The notes under the pieces are model-generated. The model saw nothing but the letters and a program-made list of their open reading frames with translations, was not told the origin of the DNA and made no database searches. From Clostridia bacterium (lineage in GTDB: Bacteria; Bacillota; Clostridia; UBA1212): a stretch of DNA of 64,000 nucleotides. Positions 37,226 through 47,336 of this stretch are shown here, piece after piece; position 1 is the stretch's first letter; the number at the start of each line of letters is the position of its first letter. The stretch is from assembly GCA_017444825.1 (NCBI GenBank), contig JAFSVU010000054.1, positions 20,169 through 84,168 of the forward strand, given 5' to 3'. The position numbers were made by a program, and so were the translations under genes.

Positions 37226-39286
37226 ATGCAAAGCGCAGATCTACGCAATGTTATACTTTTGGGTCACGGCGGCGTCGGTAAGACGTCTGTTGCCGAAGCG
37301 ATGCTTTTCAACAGTAAAGCGATCAGCCGTCTCGGAAAGATTATGGACGGAAATACTACGCTTGATTATGACCCTGAGGAGATCAAGAGACAGTACTCCA
37401 TTTATCTTTCAATGGCTCAGGTAGAGTGGAACAAGAAGAACATTAACCTGCTGGATGCTCCGGGCGCCCGTGATTTCATTGGCGAGATGCTGGAAGGCAT
37501 GGCAGTCGCGGATGCGGCCGTTATCGTTGTGGCAGGCGGCGTTGCAGTCGGAACAGAGAAGGCCTGGGAACTGGCTAACGAGAGAAACATCCCCAGAGCG
37601 ATCTTTGTAAACAAAATGAATGATGAGACGTCAGAATTCGAAAAGATCTACGCCGATATTAAGGAAAAGCTCGGAAACTCCTGCGTTCCCATCCAGCTCC
37701 CGATCATAGAGAACAGAAAATTTGTCGGCTTCGTCGACACTCTCCATATGAAGGCCAAAAAGTTCACCGCAAACGGCGACACCCAGGATATAGCTATCCC
37801 GGCAGCTGTTCAGGGCCTTGCGGAAGAGATCCACAGCGCCATCGCCGAGATCGTTGCCGAGACTGACGATGAGCTCATGATGAAGTTCTTCGACGGCGAA
37901 GAGTTCACTGAGCAGGAGATCATTGCGGGCTTTACAAAAGCTGTCAAGTCCTGCGGATGCGCTCCGATACTTTTCGGCGCTGCAAGTGACAATAACGGTG
38001 TCAAAGAGCTGGCAAACTTCGTTTGCGAATACTTCCCGTCTCCTGTTGAGGCAGCGGAGGCAGACGCTTTCGATGCAGACGGAAAAGAGATCAAGGTCGC
38101 TCTCCACGCAGACGAGGCACCTGTGCTCTTCGTTTTCAAGACAGTCGTTGATGCATCCGGAAGGATTTCGATATTTAAGGTGATCACCGGAACCGTTAAG
38201 AACGGCGACACTCTGAGAAACGTTGAAAAGGGCTCCGACGAGCGTATCGGCCAGCTCTATGTTCTGAGAGGCAAGACCCAGATACCCGTTCAGCAGCTTT
38301 CCGCAGGCGACATTGGCGCTATCGCGAAGCTCTCGAATACGTCCACCAGCGACACCCTGTCCGGCAAGGGCGCTTCCATCGTGATGCCTGCCATCAAGTT
38401 CCCGGAGGCTCAGTTCAGCCAGTCCATCAAGTGCCTTAAGAAGGGCGACGACGATAAACTCAGCCAGAGCCTTGCAAAACTCAGGGACGAGGACAAGATC
38501 CTCACATTCGGTAACAACATCGAGACAGGCGAACTCGTTATCAATGCCACCGGTGAGAAGCATCTGGATATCGTTGTCAGCAAGCTGAAGAGTAGATACA
38601 ACGTGGAAGTTAAGCTCGCTACCCCGAAGGTTGCGTACAGAGAGACTATCCGTAAGAAGGTCACTGAGGAGTACACCCACAAGAAACAGTCCGGCGGCGC
38701 AGGCCAGTACGGTAAAGTCGTCATCGAGTTCGAACCCGGTGAACAGGACGAACTGGAATTCGGCGAGAGAGTCGTGGGCGGCAGCGTTCCGAAGCAGTTC
38801 TTCCCCTCCGTTGAGAAGGGTCTCGCGGAATCGGTCAAGCGCGGTGTTCTTGCAGGCTACCCCGTTGTAAAACTTAAAGCTACTCTCATCGACGGTAAGT
38901 ACCACCCGGTGGACTCCAAGGAAGTCGCATTCGTTACAGCGGCCAGCATGGCTTACAAGAACGGTCTCCCGAAGGCTTCTCCGGTCCTCCTTGAGCCTAT
39001 CCTCAACGTAAAGGTCAACGTTCCTGACAAGTACATGGGCGACGTTATCGGCGACCTTAACAAGCGCAGAGGCAGAGTGCTCGGTATGAACCCCGTGGGC
39101 GGCGGCAGACAGGAAGTGGAAGCTGAAGTTCCGGCAGCGGAAATGTGGACATATGCTACAGACCTCACGTCCATTGCCCAGGGCAGAGCGTCCTACACGT
39201 CAGAGTTCGTAAGATACGAAGATGTGCCCTCCAACGTCGCTGATTCGATCATCGAGGCTGCAAAGAAGGCCGAAGAGGAGGAATAA
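37226..39286 (+). CDS. fusA2: Elongation factor G paralogue (EF-G2 type)
   Basis: Full EF-G domain layout (YRETI, KKQSGGAGQYG, LLEPI, GDLNKRRG) with G-motifs GHGGVGKT, RQYSI, DAPGA and NKMN; outside the str operon. Confidence 0.9.
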   Translation: MQSADLRNVILLGHGGVGKTSVAEAMLFNSKAISRLGKIMDGNTTLDYDPEEIKRQYSIYLSMAQVEWNKKNINLLDAPGARDFIGEMLEGMAVADAAVIVVAGGVAVGTEKAWELANERNIPRAIFVNKMNDETSEFEKIYADIKEKLGNSCVPIQLPIIENRKFVGFVDTLHMKAKKFTANGDTQDIAIPAAVQGLAEEIHSAIAEIVAETDDELMMKFFDGEEFTEQEIIAGFTKAVKSCGCAPILFGAASDNNGVKELANFVCEYFPSPVEAAEADAFDADGKEIKVALHADEAPVLFVFKTVVDASGRISIFKVITGTVKNGDTLRNVEKGSDERIGQLYVLRGKTQIPVQQLSAGDIGAIAKLSNTSTSDTLSGKGASIVMPAIKFPEAQFSQSIKCLKKGDDDKLSQSLAKLRDEDKILTFGNNIETGELVINATGEKHLDIVVSKLKSRYNVEVKLATPKVAYRETIRKKVTEEYTHKKQSGGAGQYGKVVIEFEPGEQDELEFGERVVGGSVPKQFFPSVEKGLAESVKRGVLAGYPVVKLKATLIDGKYHPVDSKEVAFVTAASMAYKNGLPKASPVLLEPILNVKVNVPDKYMGDVIGDLNKRRGRVLGMNPVGGGRQEVEAEVPAAEMWTYATDLTSIAQGRASYTSEFVRYEDVPSNVADSIIEAAKKAEEEE

Positions 39287-39319
39287 TCCCCCGGTTAACG
39301 GGATCGGTTACAAAACATA

Positions 39320-39366
39320 CGGGGGAGCTAAGGAAAAGCCTCAGGGCGCCGGCGCTCTCCCTTTTT
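39320..39366 (+). terminator. Probable terminator after the EF-G paralogue
   Basis: GGGGGAGC...GCTCTCCC followed by TTTTT. Confidence 0.5.
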
Positions 39367-39422
39367 AAGCTGCGGACACTTTCACCGGCAGCCGTAAAAT
39401 ATAGTAGACAGGAGATAATATT

Positions 39423-40358
39423 ATGCCGTTAGTTACATCAAAGGAAATGTTTGAAAAGGCGTACAAGGGTGGCTATGCCATCGGCGCATTTAATGTTAAC
39501 AACATGGAGATCATCCAGGGTATCACCGAGGCGGCCAAGGAACTTCAGGCACCTCTCATCCTCCAGGTTTCATCCGGCGCGAGGAAATATGCGAACCACA
39601 CTTATCTGATCAAGCTCGTTGAGGCTGCGATCATCGAGACAGGCCTTCCGATCTGTCTCCACCTTGACCACGGCGACACCTTCGAGCTTTGCAAATCCTG
39701 CATCGACGGCGGTTTCACATCCGTTATGATCGACGGCTCTCACCACAGCTTTGAGGACAACATTGCCCTCACAAGACAGGTGGTGGACTATGCTCATGCT
39801 CACGGCGTTGTCGTCGAAGGCGAGCTGGGCAGACTTGCGGGCATCGAGGACGCGGTAAACGTTTCCGCAGAGGACGCTTCCTACACCAATCCTGCTCAGG
39901 TCCAGGAATTCGTGGAGCGCACAGGCGTTGACTCCCTGGCTATCGCCATCGGAACCAGCCACGGCGCATACAAGTTCAAACCCGGCCAGAAGCCCCAGCT
40001 CAGATTCGACATCCTTGCAGAGGTCGAGAAGAGACTCCCCGGCTTCCCCATCGTTCTCCACGGCGCAAGCTCCGTTATTCCGGAGTTCGTTGAGACCATC
40101 AACAAGTACGGCGGCAACATGCCCGATGCTATAGGCATCCCCGAGGATATGCTGAGGAAGGCAGCCTCGATGGCAGTGTGCAAGATCAACATCGACTCCG
40201 ACCTGAGGCTCGCCATGACCGCGGCCATCAGACAGTATTTCGCCGAGAACCCCGCTCACTTCGATCCGAGACAGTATCTGAAACCGGCGAGAGAGAACAT
40301 TAAGAGGTTGGTTGCCCATAAGATTACTGACGTCCTCGGCTGTGACGGCAAAGCCTGA
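39423..40358 (+). CDS. fba: Class II fructose-1,6-bisphosphate aldolase
   Basis: GAFNVNN, HLDHG, GTSHGAYK, LHGAS, KINIDSD. Confidence 0.97.
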   Translation: MPLVTSKEMFEKAYKGGYAIGAFNVNNMEIIQGITEAAKELQAPLILQVSSGARKYANHTYLIKLVEAAIIETGLPICLHLDHGDTFELCKSCIDGGFTSVMIDGSHHSFEDNIALTRQVVDYAHAHGVVVEGELGRLAGIEDAVNVSAEDASYTNPAQVQEFVERTGVDSLAIAIGTSHGAYKFKPGQKPQLRFDILAEVEKRLPGFPIVLHGASSVIPEFVETINKYGGNMPDAIGIPEDMLRKAASMAVCKINIDSDLRLAMTAAIRQYFAENPAHFDPRQYLKPARENIKRLVAHKITDVLGCDGKA

Positions 40359-40517
40359 TCGCTTTGTTCAGGCTCTTTGCGCAACCCTCAAGAGATTTGC
40401 TTTGCGAGAGCGCCCCGCTCGCAGTACCCTTGTACAGCTTCGGGAGCGCGCTCGCAAAAATAGCTCTGAACAAAGCGATCAGGGCCAAAGGCTCAGTCAG
40501 GCTCTTTGCGCAACCCT
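40354..40517. repeat. REP/MITE-like nested palindromic element
   Basis: Perfect 18-bp IR (40354-40371 / 40466-40483), inner imperfect IR (40401-40417 / 40441-40458) and 21-bp direct repeat (40368-40388 / 40497-40517). Confidence 0.8.
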
Positions 40518-40550
40518 TAGGAGAGTAGAGAGACTTAAAAAGAGGTAATT

Positions 40551-40931
40551 ATGGATTATATTGAAGCTGCGGCAGCTTTGGGCCAGGCCCTGGTTGACAG
40601 CGCAGAATTTAAAAAAATGAATGCGGCGGAGGCGGAGACCTTCGCAAATACCGAGGCCACGGAGGTCCTTGTCGCGTACAGAAAGGCACAGCAGGAGATG
40701 GCTGCCGCTGCGGGCGGAGACGTTTCCAAGGAGGAGCTTGAAGAGATCAGAACGAGGCTTTTGGAAAAACAGAAGGAACTCAATGCGAACGCGGTAATCA
40801 AGAACTACCTGGATTCGAAAAAGGCCTTCGATCAGATGATGCAGGAAGTAAACAGTGTGCTTCAGCATTATCTGGAAGGCGGAGCTGCAAACTGCAGCGG
40901 AAGCTGCGAGACCTGCGGAGGCTGCAATTAA
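40551..40931 (+). CDS. YlbF/YmcA (RicA/RicF-like) family regulator with Cys-rich tail
   Basis: Helical protein (LGQALVDSAEFK...NAVIKNYL) ending CSGSCETCGGC; upstream of mutS. Confidence 0.85.
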   Translation: MDYIEAAAALGQALVDSAEFKKMNAAEAETFANTEATEVLVAYRKAQQEMAAAAGGDVSKEELEEIRTRLLEKQKELNANAVIKNYLDSKKAFDQMMQEVNSVLQHYLEGGAANCSGSCETCGGCN

Positions 40932-40989
40932 TCTAAGCGGCCGTGAAAGTATAGCGGATATTTCCGCTATCTTTTATATTAAAGACGAT

Positions 40990-43695
40990 ATGACAAAACC
41001 AATGACAACTGAAGAGCTCATGGGGCGCGTAACGCCAATGATGCGGCAATATCTCGAAACAAAACAAAAGGCCGGCGACTGCCTGCTTTTTTTCAGGCTT
41101 GGCGACTTTTATGAGTTGTTTTTTGAGGATGCTGAGATCGCCTCGAGAGAGTTGGAACTGGTGCTGACGGGGAAGGATTGCGGCCTGGAGGAGAGGGCGC
41201 CCATGTGCGGCATCCCCTACCATGCGGCGACTTCATACATCGGAAGACTTGTGTCGAGGGGATACAAGGTGGCGGTGTGCGAGCAGATGGAGAACCCGGC
41301 ATTGGCGAAGGGAATCGTTAAACGGGAAATAATCAAGGTCTACACGCCTGGAACAGTCACCGACGAGGCGATGCTTGATCAGAAGTCGAATAACTTTATC
41401 GCTGCGGTGTTCGGCATTGGTTCGTTCTACGGACTTGCCTGCTGTGATATAACCACCGGTGAATTCAGGGTGACCTCGTTTACCGTTGGCGCGTCCCTGA
41501 CCCATCTGAAGGACGAGATCGCAAGACTTACGCCCAAGGAGCTGGTGGTGAACAGCGACTGCCCTGAGGCGGATGAGATCATTGCGGCTGCGGAGACGTA
41601 TTCGGGAGCTTTTGCGGGCAAGATCGGTCCGGAGATGTTCGATCAGGCCGAGGCTGAAGAGGCTTTAAACAGGATCATAAGCGCGAAGAAGAAAATAAGG
41701 AGCAGCTTTGAAAGCGACAGCCGTATCTCAAAAGAAACCAATGAGACAGGCTCCTTTACAGGTGCGGACAACTGGGCCGTGAAGGCGGCGGGCTGCCTCA
41801 TAAAAGTGCTGGAGGACACCCAAAAGATAGCCCTCGAGGGAATCATAAGGCCGGTGCTTTACAAGACTACCGAGTTTTTAACGGTGGACGCCCAGTCAAG
41901 GAGAAACCTTGAGATAAGCGAGTCCATGAGGGACCGGAGAAAATACGGCTCCCTGCTGTGGGTGCTTGACCGCACGGAGACGGCAATGGGCGGAAGAAAG
42001 CTGAGAAGCTGGCTGGAGACGCCCCTTATAGACAAGGAAGAGATAAACAAAAGACAGGACGCGGTGGCGGAGCTTTTCGACAAGTTTATGCTGAGGAGCG
42101 AGATGATCGAGCACTTAAAAGGCGTATATGACATCGAAAGACTGGCGGGAAGAGTCACCATGGGCAGCGGCAACGCAAGAGAAATGCTGTCACTGAAGCA
42201 GTCGCTGATGAAGCTTCCGGCATTGAAGGACCTTCTCCGCGGTGCGGGCTCGGAGCTCCTTCGGGAGATCTACGACAGCATAGACACGCTGGACAGCCTT
42301 GCGGAGCTGCTGGAGAGGGCGATTGCCGACGATCCGCCTGTTACCATAACCGACGGCGACATAATCAAGAAGGGCTTTGACGAGACCATTGACCATTACA
42401 GAGCCGCCAATGTGGACGGAAAGCGCTGGCTTTCGGAGCTTGAGGCCAGAGAGCGGGAGAAGACCGGCATAAAGAAGCTGAAGGTGGGGTATAACACTGT
42501 TTTTGGCTATTATATCGAAATATCTAACTCCTTTAAGGATCTGGTGCCCCCGGATTACGTGAGAAAACAGACATTGACCAATGCGGAAAGATACATCACA
42601 GACGAACTGAAAAAGCTTGAGACGGAGCTTCTGGACGCCGAAAGAAATCTCAAGGCTCTTGAAGAGCAGAGATTCAAAGAAGTCAGGGACGTGGCCGCAA
42701 GCTACTCTCAGGAGCTTCACAGAAATGCGGACGCGGTGGCGGTGCTTGACGTTCTCTGCTCATTTGCAACTGTTGCGGAGCGGGAAAACTACGTGCGCCC
42801 CGAGATAAAGGACGAGACCGTCATTGAACTTAAAAACGCCAGGCACCCGGTGGTGGAAAAGATGCCGGGGTGCGACGTGTTCGTTCCCAACGACGCAAGA
42901 CTTGACTGCAATGAAAATATGCTCCTCGTTATCACGGGACCTAACATGGCAGGTAAATCCACTTATATGAGGATGGTGGCGCTGATAGTGCTCATGGCCC
43001 AGACCGGGTCCTTCGTGCCGGCAGATGAGGCCGTGGTGGGCATTGCGGACAGGCTGTTTACAAGGGTAGGCGCCAGCGACGACCTTGCCCAGGGACGGTC
43101 GACCTTCATGGTGGAGATGTGCGAGGTGGCCAACATTGTCGAAAATGCCACAGCGCGGAGCCTCCTGATACTGGATGAGATCGGACGGGGCACCAGCACC
43201 TTCGACGGTCTTTCGATCGCCTGGTCCGTGCTTGAATTTATCGTGGAAAATCTTAAGTGCAGGACTCTCTTTGCGACCCATTACCACGAGCTGACGGAGC
43301 TGGAGGACAAGCTTCCGGGCGTCAAGAATTACTGCGTCGACGTCAGAAAGAAGGGCGACGAGATCACGTTCCTGAGGAAGATCAAAAGAGGCGGTGCCGA
43401 CGGAAGCTACGGTATATCCGTTGCCATGCTGGCGGGACTTCCCAAGGCGATCACCATAAGGGCGAAGGAGATATTGGCGTCTCTCGAAGAGGCAGACCTG
43501 GGAAAGAAGGAGATGAAGAACGTGGGACGGCGTAAGGAAAATTCGGACCTTGACCTGTTCTCCTTTGCAACCGCCGCCGCGATGCAGGACGATATCATCA
43601 CAGAGCTCAGAGAGATGGACGTGACCAAGATGACTCCGATGGAGTGCATGAACACTCTTTACAATCTGGCGAAACGCGCCAATGACAGAAAGTGA
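40990..43695 (+). CDS. mutS: DNA mismatch repair protein MutS
   Basis: TPMMRQY, FRLGDFYELF, TGPNMAGKSTYMR, DEIGRGTST, ATHYHEL. Confidence 0.97.
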   Translation: MTKPMTTEELMGRVTPMMRQYLETKQKAGDCLLFFRLGDFYELFFEDAEIASRELELVLTGKDCGLEERAPMCGIPYHAATSYIGRLVSRGYKVAVCEQMENPALAKGIVKREIIKVYTPGTVTDEAMLDQKSNNFIAAVFGIGSFYGLACCDITTGEFRVTSFTVGASLTHLKDEIARLTPKELVVNSDCPEADEIIAAAETYSGAFAGKIGPEMFDQAEAEEALNRIISAKKKIRSSFESDSRISKETNETGSFTGADNWAVKAAGCLIKVLEDTQKIALEGIIRPVLYKTTEFLTVDAQSRRNLEISESMRDRRKYGSLLWVLDRTETAMGGRKLRSWLETPLIDKEEINKRQDAVAELFDKFMLRSEMIEHLKGVYDIERLAGRVTMGSGNAREMLSLKQSLMKLPALKDLLRGAGSELLREIYDSIDTLDSLAELLERAIADDPPVTITDGDIIKKGFDETIDHYRAANVDGKRWLSELEAREREKTGIKKLKVGYNTVFGYYIEISNSFKDLVPPDYVRKQTLTNAERYITDELKKLETELLDAERNLKALEEQRFKEVRDVAASYSQELHRNADAVAVLDVLCSFATVAERENYVRPEIKDETVIELKNARHPVVEKMPGCDVFVPNDARLDCNENMLLVITGPNMAGKSTYMRMVALIVLMAQTGSFVPADEAVVGIADRLFTRVGASDDLAQGRSTFMVEMCEVANIVENATARSLLILDEIGRGTSTFDGLSIAWSVLEFIVENLKCRTLFATHYHELTELEDKLPGVKNYCVDVRKKGDEITFLRKIKRGGADGSYGISVAMLAGLPKAITIRAKEILASLEEADLGKKEMKNVGRRKENSDLDLFSFATAAAMQDDIITELREMDVTKMTPMECMNTLYNLAKRANDRK

Positions 43696-43771
43696 CACCA
43701 TTTGTCACTACCTCCATGTCTACGTTTATGTTAGAATTTCATCTGTAAATTACAGGTTTTTGGGAATTATT

Positions 43772-45316
43772 ATGAGATCAAATCCGCTGAAAAAACTTAA
43801 ATACATGGTCCCCGAGGCTGTCATTTCTCTGATTGCCGTTGCGGGGCTCCTGGCGGCTTTTGTGGTCGTGATGACGATGACAAAATATACCGTATGGTAT
43901 TCGGTGGTCGCCGCGGTTGTCACGGTACTGCTTTTTTCGGTGTGTCTTTCGGCCTGCATTTTTCTTCTGGGAGGGGAGCTCCGGAAAGCCTGCGGAAGAC
44001 CTGCGGGGGAAAATCCGGAGGATCTTGCGATCTCTCCTTTGAACTGCGGGGAGAGGCCCTGCGGCAAGGTGATCCTCAGGGATATACTCATAATATCCGC
44101 ATGCTGCGTGGTCTTTGCCCTTGCGACGGTATGCCTTACTGCATTGCTTAGATGGGCTGTGGGGTACAGCGGCTCCTTTTCCGATCTGGTGAGAGGCAGG
44201 TTCGGGACTCTCGACAGCCAGCATTACCTGTATATAGCGGAACACGGCTACACTCCCGCTACAAGCGACGAATACGGCAGGGTGGTGGAAATTGTTTTCT
44301 TCCCGGGATATCCCGCGGCCGTGCGGGTCCTGGGCCTTATCATAAAAGACTATTTTGCGGCGGGAATGATAGTTTCGTTCATCTCCTTTAACGCCGCAGC
44401 GGTGCTGCTTTATCTCCTTATGACGGAGGAATACTCGAGGCAGGATGCCTGGTATGCGGTGATCATCCTTTTCCTTATGCCCGGCTCGTTCTTCTTTGTA
44501 TCGCCAATGTCGGAGAGCATGTTCCTGGCTTTAACCCTCGGGACGCTGCTCCTCATCAAAAAAAAGAAGTGGCTCGGGGCAGGGGCCTGCGGGCTCTACT
44601 GCGCGTTCACAAGGTCTGCGGGAATAATCATAGCTGCGGTGTTCGTTTTCGAACTTTTCAAGGATTTCCTGTCTGAGCTCGCCGCGGCAAAGGCGTCTGG
44701 ACAGCTTCCCGCGAAAAAGGTTTTCGGCATCGTTTGGAGCTATTTCAAAAAGTGCATTCCGGTGCTTCTCATCGGTTTTGGTCTTTTGATGTATCTTGTG
44801 ATAAATTGCGCAATGAACGGCGATCCCCTGTCGTTCGTATATTACGAAAAGAAACAGTGGGGACAGTCCCTGGGCTGGTTCTTTGAGACCGCAGCCTACA
44901 GCGCCGCCAATATCGTCAAATACATGAGCGGAGAAATGGGTACGAGGACCTACACCGGCTACTCGGTCTTTGCAATGAACCTGGTGGCCATGACGGGCAT
45001 CCTCACCACCATCGCGGTAAAATGGAAAAAGCTCCGGGGCTCATACGTGTTCTATGCCCTGGCATATTTCGCGGTGTCCTACGGCGTCACCTGGCTTCTC
45101 AGCGGCATGCGTTACATGGACGGGCTGTTTTTGATGCCAATGGCATTGGCGGCGGGCAGCGGGAAGTATCTGCCCTTCAAAATGAAAGGATCGGAAGACT
45201 CGGGAAACGCCGATCTTATCCCGGGTAGGGTGAGAAACATAATCCTTATGGCTTCGATGGCTGCTCTCTCGGCAGTATATCTTCTGTTTTTCTGTAAGAG
45301 TTTTCAGATCTGGTAG
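43772..45316 (+). CDS. GT-C fold membrane glycosyltransferase (PIG-V / mannosyltransferase-like)
   Basis: Polytopic; DSQHYLYIAEHGY, FFPGYP, SESMFL, TRSAG. Confidence 0.8.
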   Translation: MRSNPLKKLKYMVPEAVISLIAVAGLLAAFVVVMTMTKYTVWYSVVAAVVTVLLFSVCLSACIFLLGGELRKACGRPAGENPEDLAISPLNCGERPCGKVILRDILIISACCVVFALATVCLTALLRWAVGYSGSFSDLVRGRFGTLDSQHYLYIAEHGYTPATSDEYGRVVEIVFFPGYPAAVRVLGLIIKDYFAAGMIVSFISFNAAAVLLYLLMTEEYSRQDAWYAVIILFLMPGSFFFVSPMSESMFLALTLGTLLLIKKKKWLGAGACGLYCAFTRSAGIIIAAVFVFELFKDFLSELAAAKASGQLPAKKVFGIVWSYFKKCIPVLLIGFGLLMYLVINCAMNGDPLSFVYYEKKQWGQSLGWFFETAAYSAANIVKYMSGEMGTRTYTGYSVFAMNLVAMTGILTTIAVKWKKLRGSYVFYALAYFAVSYGVTWLLSGMRYMDGLFLMPMALAAGSGKYLPFKMKGSEDSGNADLIPGRVRNIILMASMAALSAVYLLFFCKSFQIW

Positions 45317-45376
45317 TCTCTTTAAAACCGGTTTTGCATACGAATAATAAATGATTTCTTGAAAGCTTCATTTACC

Positions 45377-45405
45377 TTGACGGCTTCCATATCTTGCGGT
45401 AAAAT
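45377..45405 (+). promoter_or_regulatory. Sigma-A promoter of the ECF-S / queA unit
   Basis: TTGACG-17 nt-TAAAAT. Confidence 0.65.
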
Positions 45406-45494
45406 AGACCAAGTCCCGAGGCCGCTGCTTATGGCGCGAGGGCCGTTGCCGCGGATAATTGATAAACGCACGGCGGCATGGAAAGGATGGTAAC

Positions 45495-46211
45495 ATGAAG
45501 AAAACTTTTAATGTCAGGATGCTTGTGACCTGCGCTGTGATGAGCGCTATTGGCGTTGTTCTCGCCTTTTTTATTCATTTTCCGATCATTCCGGCGGTGC
45601 CGTTCCTTGAGTACGATCCTGCAGATATACTGATATTCGTTTCAACGTACGCTTTCGGGATCCCGGTGGGTCTTGCCATGACTGTGGTGGTCGCTCTGGT
45701 GCAGGGCCTCACGGTGAGCGCGGGCAGTGGATTTACGGGCATACTTATGCATATCATTTCCACCGGCGGGTACGTGCTTGCCGCGGGACTTGTGTACAGG
45801 GCTACTGATGCCTTGAGGCGTTCAAAAGCGGGCAAGACCGGCCCCGAGATCGTGAGTTTATCGCTTTCGACTGCGGCGGGTATGGCTGCCACGGTGGGAC
45901 TTATGACTCTCTGGAACATATTGCTGACGCCGGTATTCATGGGCATCGAGAGGGATTTCCTCATAAAGAATTTCCTCGGGCTCATAGTGCTTTTTAACCT
46001 TATCAAGATATCCATAAACGGCGTTGCGTCCGCTGTGTTTGCCGTTCCTTTCAGAAAGCTGGCGGAGAAGTTCCCCGGGGAGAGGTCGATACTTTACGAG
46101 GGCAAAAGCGGCGGCGGAAAAAGCAGGTACGTGGAGACCGCATTCGGTCTGGCTGTAATACTTGTCGAACTTCTGGTGATCGGCATAATCGCATTTACGG
46201 TGGCGGGCTGA
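45495..46211 (+). CDS. ECF transporter S component (RibU-like)
   Basis: FPIIPAVPFLEYDPADI, FGIPVG, LFNLIK; extra C-terminal TM helix. Confidence 0.85.
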   Translation: MKKTFNVRMLVTCAVMSAIGVVLAFFIHFPIIPAVPFLEYDPADILIFVSTYAFGIPVGLAMTVVVALVQGLTVSAGSGFTGILMHIISTGGYVLAAGLVYRATDALRRSKAGKTGPEIVSLSLSTAAGMAATVGLMTLWNILLTPVFMGIERDFLIKNFLGLIVLFNLIKISINGVASAVFAVPFRKLAEKFPGERSILYEGKSGGGKSRYVETAFGLAVILVELLVIGIIAFTVAG

Positions 46212-46244
46212 GAATACAAGGCGGCCTGCATTGGCGAGGAAAAA

Positions 46245-47336
46245 ATGGCTCGAAAAAGAACCTATTCTGTGAACAGAAGAAAAGCAAACGGATTTTTCTT
46301 TTTGGGAATATCTGTTTTGCTTCTTGTCGCTGTTGTGGGAGGTATTTTCGGAGCCGCGGTGTTTAACGGAGTAAGACAGGCCTCTCTCAGCAGAAGAAAG
46401 GACCTGGTCCTGAGGATTGGCGCGAAGGACGTGGTCAGGGAGCAGTTCGAGCTGTTTTGCATCATGGTCATCGAGGGAGAGGAATTCGAGAAGCTTGTGA
46501 CGAACACGGCTTCGGAAAACGCCCTTGCCACCGCCGTGAAACAGAAGGCGGCGGAATATGCCCAGGAATATTTTGCGCTGAAGTCCGAGGCAGAGGAGCA
46601 GGAAATCACGTTGACGCCTCTCGAAATGGCTGAGGTGGATCTCAAGGTCTCCGACATTCCCAAGGGTGTCAACGCCGACGACTATTACCGGAAAAACTAC
46701 GGTGTCTCGGAGCAGGGCTACCGCGATTTTCTGTACGGCTGGAAGCTCTGCGAAAAATACGTAAACCAGACTGCCGCCAACGTGGAAGTGGACGAATCGA
46801 CCAAACGGGAGATATTCGACAGGAACGCATCGAAGCTGGGCTGGGGATTTGCGGACGTTATCTATTTCAACACCAATATCCCGGATTCCGGCACCATCGC
46901 CCTTAAAAGATCCACCGCGCAGAACATCTGCGACACGGTGAACGATGCGGCGGAGAAGGACAAGGAGAGCGTCTTTAAGTCGTTTTACGACGCATATAAC
47001 GAGCCCGGATTTTCATCATCGGGTATTAACGTGGCCATCGCGGGCGAGGTGGCGTCCTCCTGGCCCGGGCTTTTCGACGCCATCAAAAGAGCCGCCACGG
47101 GCTACTGCTACGTGGTGGAGGACACCGGCGCGGTCTTTGCCGTGAGGGTCAGAGAGCGTTACATGTTTGAGACGTACAAGGACTCGGAGGAGCTTGCGGT
47201 ACTGGTCATGAGCGACGTGCGGAGAAACGTTGCCGAGAGAGTCATAAAGGGCGGAAAGTACAATATAGCGTATATGGCTGCTATGGATTCGGTGGACGTG
47301 AAGCCCCTCATAGCCGCAAGGAAAGCAATGGAATGA
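46245..47336 (+). CDS. Membrane-anchored exported protein, possibly SurA/PrsA-like foldase fold
   Basis: N-terminal TM, helical '[11 protein letters not shown]' and '[14 protein letters not shown]' pattern; no clear parvulin catalytic motif. Confidence 0.5.
   Translation: MARKRTYSVNRRKANGFFFLGISVLLLVAVVGGIFGAAVFNGVRQASLSRRKDLVLRIGAKDVVREQFELFCIMVIEGEEFEKLVTNTASENALATAVKQKAAEYAQEYFALKSEAEEQEITLTPLEMAEVDLKVSDIPKGVNADDYYRKNYGVSEQGYRDFLYGWKLCEKYVNQTAANVEVDESTKREIFDRNASKLGWGFADVIYFNTNIPDSGTIALKRSTAQNICDTVNDAAEKDKESVFKSFYDAYNEPGFSSSGINVAIAGEVASSWPGLFDAIKRAATGYCYVVEDTGAVFAVRVRERYMFETYKDSEELAVLVMSDVRRNVAERVIKGGKYNIAYMAAMDSVDVKPLIAARKAME

Noticed and set aside
40354-40517. Possible mini-CRISPR (two 21-bp direct repeats)
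   Set aside because: Only two copies, a 108-nt palindromic spacer and no cas genes; reported as REP/MITE-like instead.
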